Shown here one piece after another: positions 53,201 through 64,000 of a stretch of DNA of 64,000 nucleotides; the first letter of the stretch is position 1, and each line of letters opens with the position of its first letter. The position numbers and the translations under genes are program-made. The DNA is from Phoronis australis. Its lineage: Eukaryota > Animalia > Phoronida. The stretch is taken from NCBI GenBank assembly GCA_002633005.1, contig NMRA01000087.1, forward strand, positions 687,393 to 751,392, given 5' to 3'. The notes under the pieces are model-generated. The model saw nothing but the letters and a program-made list of their open reading frames with translations. It ran no database searches and was not told the DNA's origin.

Positions 53201-56200
53201 CCTGATGCTTACAATACTGTTATGGATCAGGAATTATGAGATATTGGTATTTGTGGGGAGGTGGTGGTGTGGGAAGAAATCAACCATTTTGACAATAAAA
53301 GCCAAAAAACATCGATGTGATGAGCTGAATTATTACGTAATGTTGCGTTTTAGTTAAATACTATTTGAAATTGAAAATTTTTGTTTTGGTGTGTATCAAT
53401 CCATCTTGTGATTGAATTAAGACTTTCAAACAATGTTGGAAACCATACAAGTTCTGACTTGCAAAATACATACTTTTAACATGAAGATTATAGATTATGT
53501 CCTTAATGAGTTAACAGCCCTGTGCTTGTGATTAAAACTTTCAAATTGAGTTTGGTCTCGTGTGCTCAAAAGTTGATTCAGTGTTCACTGGTTATTGATT
53601 CTTGTTGTAATTTCAGACTCTGAAGAAATGGAAGCCACCGTGGCAAGTCTTAAGGAACAAGTGGATTCTTTGACTGCTCGTTGTCAAGAATTAAAAGACA
53701 ATAAAGAGCAGATGGAGGCAATGGTTGATCATTGGAAGCCCAAAGTTAGTGAAATGCAGCATCAGCTTGACCAATACCAGGCCTTGGAGAAAGAGAGTAG
53801 TGAGAGAGGGGCGGAGCTTGGGGCCGCACAGGCGGAGCTTGATGCTGTAAAGGCAGAACTTCAGGAAGCAAGGGCAAAGATATGTCATTTGATTGACAGC
53901 AATGAAGAACTGTCTAAGCGCGTGGAAGAGACAAAAATGAGTGCAAGTGTTGCAGACACAAAGGTCAACGAGGTAATTCAGAATAAGATTTTCACTAGAA
54001 AAATGAAAGTAACCAAGTACAGCTATTCATGTTTTTCAGTTGTGACATTCATTCTTTTCTATGGTGCTGAGTTTAACAACGGAAGAACAGTTGTTCTCTT
54101 TTGCAATCTGAATGCCACAAATTCACTTCATATCAAACTGAAAATTTTGAATCTAGTCATAACCTGTGGTTATCATATTTTGTTTTGCAGACAACTTCTA
54201 AGATTGAGGAGATGAAGATGGAGTTACAGCTAGCTAAAAATGAACTGACCTTCAGGTCAGTAACACCGACCAATGAGAGCAAGATGAGCGAGCAGCTGCT
54301 GAATGAAGAGAAGAAAGCATATTTGCTGCTGCAAGAAAAGTGGGTGGAGTCAATGTTGCATGTTGTCATTCAAAATGAATTTGATGTGCTTTGTTGGGGG
54401 TGTGGTTCAACTGGTTGTAATAGCTGTCCTGTGCAGTTTGAGATATGCAATTAGTTACTTAAAAGCATTTAAATGTACAAATAACCAAAACAATGACAGC
54501 AAATGGTGGTAAGTGGGATAGCTTATTTTGGAGTTTATTAGGTTTTAGCATTGTTAATTGTTATGCTCAACATTCAATGGGACTTCTTTTGAATATCCAG
54601 ATACTACAATCAGTTCTATTGCTTCTTTCATACAAGTATGGTCATTTGCTCTAAGCTGGTCCTGTGTGCTGGCCTGGTTTTGCCCCTTTGAGCAGGCACA
54701 GCTAAGTCATAGTACCAAACATCATCTAACAACAAGGAAAAGTCTATAGTGAAACTCCTCCAAAAGTCCTCATGTTGTATATATCTATGGACGTAAGAGG
54801 TTTTTGCTTTTCCTTTTGTTTAGATATGACAAGCTGTTGTCCGAGTCATCCCAGGCCAAAGGGAGGCTCCTCTCGGAGGTTAATCGCGACCTTGGCCACC
54901 AACGACAAATTGAGGAATTGGAGAAGGCATACAAAGAGCTGCAGAGTGTCTTCTCACAGATGAAGAAACAGAATAACGAGCTTATAGAGTCGCTCAATAA
55001 ACAGGTAAGAGTATGTGGTTTGACACATTTGGGTTCATTTTCTTATAACTACAATGCTCAGTTCCCTTAAAAGTATCAAAATGCACAAATATTTTCCCAA
55101 GTGCTGCATGGAATATGACTACCAGTTAATTGATTTTGTATTTCAAGAATTTCAGTATAGTGTGTTTTCAATACTTTTTGCACCTTGGTTAGAGTAATGA
55201 CGTAAAAAACAACATTGCAGCTATTGAAGTCATACTTCCATACTTATATCTCTTTTTGTTCAATTGCAACCGAGTCAAAATTGTGGACATTACTTTTTGG
55301 CAGAAATGGCTCCTGCGTATGTGTTTTCAGTGCACTGTAGGCCCTTTCATTTTGAGGTTTTTTTTGAGTTCTATGTGAAGTGTGGTGACTCACACATTTT
55401 GAAGACCTGTAGAAAGAAAGCTAGCAATATTTCTGGGTGTGTGTTCTGTTGTGATTAGCTGCTTATACCGCCTGTGTAGGTGTATGAGCTTCAGTGCAAG
55501 CTGCAAAAGTCAGAAGGTGAGCGGGAGCTTGCAGTACACCAGAACTCAAAAACGTCAGAGAAGTTGGAGTCAGTGAGGGCGGAGCTACGCAATATGGAAA
55601 CATTGCAGAGCCAGCATGCCAAGACCCCCAGCAGACAGGAAATGGATCCGCAGAAACTGGTGCAGCGCATCAAGCAGTTGGAGTTTAATCTGGATCTGAC
55701 AAGACAGAAGTCAGAAAAGTTCCAGCAGCAGGCCAAGAGTGTGACTGGTAAGTAGGAATGGAGCTTAAATTGGGTCATTGTACTGAGAGAGAGGGAGGGG
55801 GAGGGGGAGGGAGGGATTGAGGGAGAGAGGGAGAGAGAGTGTGTGTGCGTGTGTCATTTCATAAACTGCGACAAGTTCAACAGCAGGTCAGACTACTAAT
55901 TTGAATGCATTGTTTTGTTCACCAAAGTAGTTTTTGTTGTCTTAAGAAGTAAAGTATTAACTTTTGACTAACAGAAAAATGTGCTCACTATTACTGAAAC
56001 TTGTCCACGAAACGCCTTTGTTTTTCAGACATGGAAAATAAGCTGGACAGTGCCCAGTTTGCCCGCAATGACCTTCAGCGACAAGTTCGTGACCTACAGC
56101 ATAATCTTGACCTTCAAAAAGAACAACACCAGCAACTGATAGGTCGGTTCAACCAGAGTATGTCACAGTACACCAACTTGCAGCAGCACACCAACTCTCT

Positions 56201-59200
56201 TCAAGAGGAGGTCAAAAAGGTGGGAACTTGATTTCCTCTGCAGTAGAAAAGTTCAATAATTTCCTTGCTGTTGCTTGGATGTGAGATAATTGAAATAATT
56301 TAGCCACCTTCACCTTTCCAGAAGATTCCCTAATTGTTTTACGAAATGACCGCATTTTTACAACAAGGCCTTATGTTCTACTCTTTGAAATCTATGAATG
56401 AACAGTGAGTGGGCGAGACTTGGATTGTGTTTTTAGAAGATCCAAATGTTTATGACTCCCATTCTTTTTAATGACATCTCATTGGAAAGTCCCTCTTGAC
56501 GCTGAATCAAAAACAAACCTGAACATTTCACTGATAACCCTAAGAACAACAAGAGAGCAGTTAATCAAGTGAAAAGTATTTGGACAAAATGACCTGGAAA
56601 TCCCCGTAATGATGGCTAGGTGGATTCATTGACTGAGTAGTCTTCCCTCATGACCAAGAATGATATAATGGCAAAGTTAGTAAGGTGGCTATGCTATTTT
56701 GTATAAATTAGAATTTGCTGCACTCGGGGCTTGAAATTTTCCTCTTGATAGGATTTCTTTTTTCTGTTAACGGAATTATCCGCCGTGACTGGATAGCGGT
56801 AATTTGTCTGACTTTTTTTCTTGTACTGTAAAAGGATATCATGTCCTGGGGCCTGTTTCCTGAAACTTTCTGTTTTAACTAATACACAACAATCTGGCTA
56901 ACTTAAGACCAAAATGTCTTAGCCCTGATTCATGAAATTTCTTTAAGACCAAAATAATGACCAAAAATCAATCTAAGCTAAGACTGAAAGATAGTCTTAG
57001 TATACAGAATATTAAGCTTAAGATTGGACTCATAGCCTATATGACCAAAATGTATGAATATTTCATAAGCAGATATTTTCTCATCTTTTACTATTTATTA
57101 TAAGATTGGCTGCTTTCATTTCGGGAAGTGACAAACCACTGCAAATATGATACAGGGAGACTTACTTGCACAATGATGTTTTCTAGTCCAAGCTGGGCAT
57201 TCTCACATAAAAGAGATATTCACTGTATCCAAAGTGTTGTAAATAAATCTCCATTTAGAGTTTTAAGACTAAAAATATTAGTCTTGAAACTACATTTCAC
57301 ACACTGCCTCGCTTAGTGATATGAATTTACAACAGTTGGCGAACATGTAGTTTGTATGCCTACTATGTTCATAACGCGACTTGATGTCTAAGTTAAAAAT
57401 GGAAATGGACGTTGTGTTCATGAAAGGCTCTTTTCTGAATTTTTGGCTTCAATCTTATCTTAGCCCAAATTTTGGTCTTAACTTAGACTAATTTTTGGTC
57501 TTATGTCTCTAGTCACTTTTCACGGAACGGACCTCTGGTGTAAGACTTCTAGTAAACAGGCATTATTGCGTCTTCAACCAATTTTACTCTAGTTATTGTA
57601 TCTAGAGATTCACTTGTTGTTTGCAGATTAAGAAGGAGAAAGACAATATTGAAAAACACATTGACACATTGAGCAAGGAACGCAGTGATCTTCTTGAGAA
57701 AGTTGAACAGGTATACGTCATCTGTGTATACATCTTGGATAATATTTTTCATGTGATAGCACTGTATATTGGACATAGTCAGTGTTGGTGGCAGATTTCA
57801 ACTGCCTTTACATCGTCTAATTGTCTTATCTGCTAGTTGTCTTCTACTTGTCATAATACCAGACCTGGCATCTCATCTTAAGCCTTTTATTCTGTTGTGT
57901 ATTAGCTTTGAGAGTGCACACAGTAAAATTCTGCTGTTTCCATACAAAATGCTATCTGACAGTTAGCTACATTACGTTTTTTGGCTAATGAAATGCTTTA
58001 ACTGTAATGGTCTGCACTATCTGAGGGCTTCTTAGTTTATTTAGATTCTATCTGAGGGCTTCTTAGTTTATTTAGATTCTATCTGATGGCTTCTTAGTTT
58101 ATTTAGATTTTACATGTTTTGTTTCAGCTTGACTCATCACTTAAGTGTGCTCAGAGCAGTCACGTGTCATCAGACGTATTGAGTGAGATTCAACAGTCTC
58201 ACGCTGATGAGCTGCAACGTACTGTACAGACGGAGCAAGAGAAACATGCGGCACTCCTGGATGCAGAAATAACGCGCATGTCACTTGAAAAGGAGCAGGC
58301 ATTTGATCAAAAGGTGGCAGCTCTGCGGGATCAGAGCCTGGAAAAGATGAGGGAAATTGAGGCAGACTTGAAGACAAACTATGAAAAGCAGGTGAAAACC
58401 AAAGCTATGCCTAAAATCGTGCAATTTTGGAAAGAACAGCTACACAGTGAATAAACCTTTCAGTTGCCAGACTCATAAATACTGTAGCCAGACTTCCTAC
58501 TACACCAGTAACACTTTTCAGCACTATAACTGTAGATCTCTGACTGAATGAAAACACTGGGGCTTATACCTTTAAATCCAGTTGCTGAATCATGTACAAT
58601 TGGTATGGCCACAGATAAGTTACCACACCATTATCTACTGTTACTCATTGTTGATAGGCCAGTATGTTTAGCTCATAAGCCATTGGATTCTTCAGTTGCA
58701 CCAATGTAAGAGACTGTGACTGTCAGAAGAGCTCCAGAAAACTTGGAGTTCTCTAGGTGTTGCATGTTTAGCAAGAATCCTTCTTATAGAAATGCCTACA
58801 TTCAGGTAATCCCATGCCACATTTATTTCACAAACATCCTCATACTTAGGAAGTGTTTTCTACACTTAATATATTCAGAGAAGGGCTTTCATTCATTGGC
58901 AGCACCTGGTGAACACTGAGTCCTCGTTTACAATGTTCACTGGAGTAAAATCCAATTTATTCCATTTTTCCTCATGAAAATTCATGACTCAAACACAAGT
59001 GGAAAATTACAGAGTCTTGGGTGAGTATAAGTAGCTGCAAGTCTAAATCAGCACTTTAGCATTTGGATTTGAAGTTTCCATTTGGTCTCACCATGAGTGC
59101 CATACTTATCCTACAACAATGCACTGCGCGTTTTCAGGCTGAAACAATGAAAGAGGAAATTTCCAAGCTCTCTGGGGAACTCAAGCTGACTCAGGAGAAG

Positions 59201-62200
59201 TTGCTTGTTGCCGAGAGACAAGACGGTGAGATGTGTGCCAAGATGGCAGATGCCGAACTACAACTTGACAAATGGCAAAGGCAGGCGGAAGAGCTGGAGC
59301 AGAAAGTTGCGTATCTAGAGGAACAGTTCTCAGATGCTGTGAACCGATTGGAAGAGGCGGAGGAGTCCCGTCTGCAACATGCCGAACAGCTTGAGGCAAC
59401 CAAGGTATGTTGATCTCCATCGTCTAGACTAAACTGATTGACAAAACAGCCTTTGGTAAATTGTTACTTTTCGTGATTGAGATTACTGAGAATTTAGCTG
59501 GATATTTGTCAGAACAAACACTTTTGTATTGACGTAAACAACGGTTTCAGTTGTTGACATGAAGTCTACAGCAAATTTTTTGAACCAACATTTACGTGTG
59601 ATCACCATAATATTGTCATCATCAGCAGCAATGACAACAGTACTATTGTTCTGTAAGTTTTTTGACACCATTAATACAAAATTAACAACTTTTATGTTAA
59701 TAAAAAGAATTTTTCATTACATCTTGCCTGCTTTTCATGTTCCTCTGGACTAAACTGATAACAAAAGAGCAGAGGCAAAGGATAAAGAAGGCTATAATGG
59801 TGCGGTAGTGTTTTTAAAGGTGTTTAATGCTGAATTTTAGGGCAGAATTAAGAAAGTCGATGAGAAGCTGCAGCAGGTTTTGCATTGGTTGCCATTCAAT
59901 GCTTTTGTTATTTGGGAAACAACTATTCTGTTGAGATCTTGGGTTGTTTGTGTTTCAAATAGACTTGTATCATTCATCTGTCACTGTTATTGTTTGTGTT
60001 AGGTGTGCTAAAACTATTTAATCTTTTAATTTAAGTAGAATCAATAAATGGCGTGAATCTTTCATAGTATTTTGTTTAGTGGGAATCGCTTTCATTAAAA
60101 CTTCGAGATTGTTGTGTTTTTACATTGTGTTTCAAGGCAATGATACTTTTTGACAGCTCTGTCAACATAAATTATGTTTTTCACAGTTTTTGTTTTTCTG
60201 TCCAGTTACTGATACCAGTCATGTTGCATGGTTCTTAAAATGTATTTTATTCTCAGTTGCAAAACCAGCAGACGTCAGACCATAGCTCTCAGCAGGTTGT
60301 TACCCTGACAACCGAACTGGAGTCAGTTAAAACACAACTGAATGAAGCGAAAGAAGAGATCGACAACAACTATAAGGAGATCAGTCACATGCGTGAGTGT
60401 TGTGATCAGTCGGACAAAGAGTTGGAGGCTCAGCAGACTGCACTACGACAAGCAAGGGAGACAATTACCAAACTGGAGGTATGTCTGCTTTGTAGCAAGC
60501 AATTGTGAAATTTATTTGACACTTTTATTTCCTGAAAATTTTATTTTTTATAAAATTTAATCATCATAATTGAATCAACTTAACGTAGGAATAGAGATTG
60601 AAATGTGATCTGTGCATGCAAAGAAGACTGTGTTATAGCCATCAAGGGAAGTAATTATGTGATACTTCACGAATTTGTGTTCAACATTTGTTTGTAAGTG
60701 CTCAATGACCAAGTAGTTTCACTGCACAACCACAAGTCTTTGGTAAATAGTTACTTTGTTGAAGATGGCAACCCTCTCCATTATGATTATAAAAACTGTA
60801 GTTAGACATCTTTCAGAACAAGAATTATTTAGTGGGAATCATTAAAACTTAAGAGATTGTTGTGTTTTTGTATCGCCATTCAAGGCCATGATACATTTTT
60901 GACAGCTGTGCCAACATATGTTTTTCACAGTTTTTGTTTTTCTGTCCAGTTACTGATACCAGTCATGTTGCATGGTTCTTAAAATGTATTTTATTCTCAG
61001 CTGCAAAACCAGCAGACGTCAGACCATAGCTCTCAGCAGGTTGTTACCCTGACAACCGAACTGGAGTCAGTTAAAACACAACTGAATGAAGCGAAAGAAG
61101 AGATCGACAACAACCATAAGGAGATCAGTCACATGCGTGAGTGTTGTGATCAGTCGGACAAAGAGTTGGAGGCTGAGCAGACTGCACTACGAAAAGCAAG
61201 GGAGACAATTACCAAACTGGAGGTATGTCTGCTTTGTAGCAAGCAATTGTGAAAATTTTTGATACTTTTATTTCCTGAAAATTTTATTTTTTATAAAATT
61301 TAATCATCATAATTGAATCAACTTAACGTAGGAGAAGACTGTGTTATAGCCATCAAGGGAAGTAATTATGTGATACTTCACAAATTTGTGTTCAACATTT
61401 GTTTGTAAGTACTCAATGACCAAGTAGTTTCACTGAACAACCACTAGTCTTTGGTACTGTTACTTTTGTTGATGATGGCAACCCTCTCCATTATGATTAT
61501 TAGTACTGTAGTTAGACATCTTTCAGAACAAGAATTATTTAGTGGGAATCATTAAAACTTTAGAGATTGTTGTGTTTTTGTATCGCCATTCAAGGCCATG
61601 ATACTTTTTGACAGTTGTTCCAACATATGCTTTTCAAAGTTTTTGTTTTTCTGTCCAGTTACTGATACCAGTCATGTTGCATGGTTCTGTAAATGTATTT
61701 TATTCTCAGCTGCAAAACCAGCAGACGTCAGACCATAGCTCTCAGCAGGTTGTTACCCTGACAACCGAACTGGAGTCAGTTAAAACACAACTGAATGAAG
61801 CGAAAGAAGAGATCGACAACAACCATAAGGAGATCAGTCACATGCGTGAGTGTTGTGATCAGTCGGACAAAGAGTTGGAGGCTGAGCAGACTGCACTACG
61901 AAAAGCAAGGGAGACAATTACCAAACTGGAGGTATGTCTGCTTTGTGGCAAGCAGTTGTGAAATTTATTTGACACTTTTATTTCCTGAAAATTTCATTTT
62001 TATAAAATTTAATCATCATAATTGAACCAACTAAACGTAGGAATAGAGATTGAAATGTGATCTATGCATGCAAAGAAGACTGTGTTATAGCCATCAAGGG
62101 AAGTAATTATGTGATACTTCACAAATTTGTGTTCAACATTTGTTTGTAAGTGCTCAATGACCAAGTAGTATCACTGCACAACCACAAGTCTTTGGTAAAT

Positions 62201-62679
62201 AGTTACTTTTGTTGATGATGGCAACCCTCTCCATTATGATTGTAAAAACTGTCATTAGACATCTTTCAGAACAAGAATTATTTAGTGTGAATCATTAAAA
62301 ACTTAAGAGGTTGTTGTTGTGTTTTTGTATCTCTATTCAAGGCCATGATACTTTTTTCACACCTGTGCCAACATATGTTTTTTGTAGTTGTTGTTTGTCT
62401 AACCAGTTACTGGTACTAGTCATGTTGCATGGTTATGTAAATGCATTTTAGTCTCAGCTGCAAAACCAGCAGACGTCAAATCACAGCTCTCAGCAGGTCG
62501 TTACCCTGACAACAGAACTGGAGTCAGTTAAAGCTCAACTGAGTGAAGCGAAAAAAGAGATAGACGACGGCTGTAGGGAGATTAATCATATGCGTGAGTG
62601 TTGTGATCAGTCGGACAAAGAGTTGGAGGCTGAGCAGACTGCACTACGAAAAGCAAGGGAGACAATTACCAAACTGGAG
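32224..62679 (+). CDS. CENPE: Centromere-associated protein E (kinesin-7), 3'-incomplete; exons 32224-32273, 32549-32643, 33050-33139, 33583-33701, 34036-34146, 35405-35489, 36481-36548, 36791-36862, 37102-37235, 38029-38158 (duplicates 40305-40438, 41229-41358), 42326-42445, 42815-42970, 44160-44376, 44533-44702, 45219-45454, 45613-46201, 46644-46759, 48077-48182, 48984-49091, 49460-49594, 49704-49933, 50139-50193, 51654-51887, 52502-52595, 53617-53972, 54191-54339, 54824-55004, 55480-55747, 56029-56219, 57627-57710, 58128-58391, 59138-59404, (59841-59876 uncertain), 60257-60478, 61001-61222, 61710-61931, 62458-62679
   Basis: N-terminal kinesin motor: VAVRVRPL, P-loop [16 protein letters not shown], switch I NERSSRSH, switch [25 protein letters not shown]. 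Kinesin-7 neck [17 protein letters not shown] and RRETWCPG, then long coiled coil. Phases are consistent over 6168 nt (2056 codons, one copy of the duplicated pair, uncertain exon excluded) with no stop. Confidence 0.93.
34310..34572 (+). mobile_element. MITE family C copy (degenerate)
   Basis: tgtttcatgaaa ... tttctgtcttaagtctcagatcacttttcacaaaacagacct-cag, similar to 50315-50555. Confidence 0.5.
35555..35886. mobile_element. Unclassified MITE-like element with 18-bp TIRs
   Basis: acctggcaaataaggcca / tggccttatatgccaggt (1 mismatch); internal taaggcc/ggcctta motifs. Confidence 0.55.
37781..37906. repeat. Intronic inverted repeat with 47-bp arms (second copy 40980-41105)
   Basis: tgcgaatattttgtcc...tttttggtcacatcac / gtgatgtgaccaaaaa...ggacaaaatatttgca. 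Confidence 0.85.
38349..38504 (+). mobile_element. MITE family B (CAGGGGCGGATCC...CCACTG)
   Basis: TIRs caggggcggatcc / aaatctgccactg; counterpart of 41563-41717. Confidence 0.75.
39107..40077. mobile_element. Unclassified insertion interrupting duplication copy 1 in the polypyrimidine tract, truncated by the N
   Basis: Copy 1 leaves homology after ctttgt (39106), whereas copy 2 continues tctttcag|exon 42326; no ORF. Confidence 0.5.
40305..41358 (+). CDS. CENPE: Second copies of CENP-E motor exons (40305-40438, 41229-41358), same 88 aa
   Basis: Intact splice sites; all differences from 37102-37235 and 38029-38158 are synonymous. Confidence 0.7.
41563..41717 (+). mobile_element. MITE family B, 5-bp TSD CATAG
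   Basis: catag (41558-41562) caggggcggatcc...aaatccgccactg catag (41718-41722). Confidence 0.8.
45399..45448 (+). repeat. Coding 15-bp tandem repeat, 3.3 copies ([17 protein letters not shown])
   Basis: gctgaaaacaagatg units within exon 45219-45454. Confidence 0.9.
50315..50555. mobile_element. MITE family C (Harbinger-like), full length
   Basis: TIRs gggtctgtttcatgaa / ttcatgaaactgaccc. Confidence 0.7.
55785..55854 (+). repeat. (GA)n/GGGA-rich plus (GT)n simple repeat
   Basis: gagagagagggagggggagggggagggaggg...gtgtgtgtgcgtgtgt. Confidence 0.9.
56849..57534. mobile_element. Harbinger-like non-autonomous element related to family C, 3-bp TSD CTG
   Basis: ctg|gggcctgtttcctgaaa ... tttcacggaacggacct|ctg; repeated subterminal taagac (left) and gtctta (right) motifs. 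Confidence 0.7.
58017..58109 (+). repeat. 31-bp minisatellite, 3 copies, just upstream of an acceptor
   Basis: ctatctgagggcttcttagtttatttagatt x3, one substitution in copy 3. Confidence 0.92.
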
Positions 62680-62720
62680 GTGCGTCTACTTGATAGCAAG
62701 CAATTATGAAACTTTTATTT
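60075..62720 (+). repeat. Tandem array of four exon+intron units (periods 744, 709, 748 bp), each with a 222-nt phase 0-0 CENP-E exon
   Basis: Exons 60257-60478, 61001-61222, 61710-61931, 62458-62679 are all open, with tctcag acceptors and GT donors; the introns are homologous. Confidence 0.95.
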
Positions 62721-64000
62721 TTAAAGGCGAAGGCAACCTTTTTCCATGTCATTTTGAGCTAAAATATGGTTGGTTGGTTATCCTAGACATATTTTCCACT
62801 TAATTACAGCATTTCGTAATTTTATTAATTACTCGTCCGCTCTTCCGGAAGTGACGTTTTAGGAGGCAAGCATTTCGCGCCAATTTCTTTTCATATAGTC
62901 TGACTGTGAGAGCTGCCGAGTCAGTCATTGTTCTACCTCGGTTGTGTTAAGTTCCGTCGTCGTTTGCTTTCATTTACTAGTCAGTCAACATGCCACACTG
63001 TTACTGCGTACCAGGATATACTAATTATCGGCTCACGCGCGCTTTGGGAGTACCTTTGCATCGCTTTCCGATGGATGACACACTTCGCCGTACTTGGCTC
63101 GTTCGTGTGAAGAACGCAGCGTTACCCGTCCACGCAACGTACAAAGCAGTGGAGAATTACCGTGTGTGTGGCAAGCACTTTCTGCCGTCCGATTACGAAA
63201 GGGATTTGTACGCTGAACTGATGAAGGTCCCTGCGAAACAACGCCTGAAGAAGGATGCCATTCCGTCTGTGTTGATTCCCGGCAGTGCCCCGTCGCCACC
63301 CCCGAGAAGTGCGTTTTTGAAGCGAGAAGCCTCGCGAGCTGTGGCCAGTACAGTGACTGGAGCCAGTGGAGGCACTTCATCTACTGTCACCCGTGCCTCC
63401 GAACGTACCCCAGAGCGTGCAATTCCTGGAACCAGTAGTGATTCGCCCTGTGCTGTTTTCTCCAGCCCAGAGCCTCTAAGCAGCCCTGCAGCGATATTGA
63501 GTAGTGGGAGTGATTACAGGCCCAGTTCGACACCCAGTGAAGAGGACAGTTCGTCGTCCAGTGAACAGATCGGTGAGCCAAACTTTGATAAGTTTATTGT
63601 GGACTTGTCTAAAGTGTTGGAGCTATTTAGAAGGTGCCAGGTGTGTGGCGAGGGAGTCACACGACACAATGTAAGCAGTTTGGGTGCTCAGGTCACCATC
63701 CAGTGGGAGTGTGTCACGGGACACTCTGGCAAGTGGGACAGTTGTTCCTCTGTCCGTGGTATGCCGGAGGTCCACTTAACCATGTCCAGTGGTGTGCTCT
63801 TCACTGGAAACACGTTTCAGTCGGTGAAGACAATGATGGACTTTGGAAAAGTCAAGTTTTTTTTTCGAAAACAACATTCAACAACATTCAGAATTCCTAT
63901 TTAATACCAGTTGTCAATGACGCATACATGTCACAACATCTCGAGTTGGTGGCGGAATTCATGGAGAAGGAGAACTTGTCTGACTCACCAGGGCGGTCCG
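62721..64000 (+). mobile_element. Kolobok-type DNA transposon, 5' part, inserted at TTAA in a CENP-E intron
   Basis: Homology to the array intron ends at TTAA|AGGCGAAGG; a THAP-transposase ORF follows. Confidence 0.75.
62990..64000 (+). pseudogene. THAP-domain Kolobok-like transposase, disrupted
   Basis: THAP (CYCVPGY...HRFP...W...VCGKHF...LKKDAIPS), S/T-rich linker, KFIVDLSKVLELFRRCQVC...C..GH...W zinc-finger region. Frameshift at a T9 run (63857-63865), after which another frame reads SKTTFNNIQNSYLIPVV...ENLSDSPGRS. Confidence 0.75.

Noticed and set aside
58017-62720. CRISPR-like or other repeat-spacer array
   Set aside because: The repeats are head-to-tail or have homologous intervening introns rather than unique spacers, and the DNA is eukaryotic.
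63857-63865. T9 run as a programmed frameshift in the transposase
   Set aside because: Other disabling lesions are present; homopolymer mutation or sequencing error is simpler.

Overview
AT-rich metazoan genomic DNA, probably a polymorphic marine invertebrate (species not determinable), with spliced genes that the ORF track shows only in fragments. By hand-splicing I find: (1) a 3-exon minus-strand gene (8088-6457) for a 149-aa secreted protein with 8 cysteines and no family I recognise; (2) a complete 10-exon minus-strand LIM-RA-SARAH RASSF2/4/6-type gene (26558-16738, 385 aa); (3) head-to-head with it, a plus-strand CENP-E/kinesin-7 gene (ATG 32224, at least 36 coding exons, over 2050 aa, continuing past the right edge); (4) a decayed THAP-containing Kolobok-type DNA transposon in the last CENP-E intron. 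The most unusual features lie in CENP-E: a tandem array of four ~710-750-bp exon+intron units that each add an in-frame 74-aa coiled-coil module, a 2.2-kb duplication of two motor exons (probably two haplotypes joined at an N), and an altered RVTW-type PP1 site with a separate RVxF motif downstream. Introns and intergenic DNA hold several MITE families, Helentron/DINE-like elements and a tRNA-like head. All exon models come from splice consensus and phase bookkeeping; no database search or transcript data were available.
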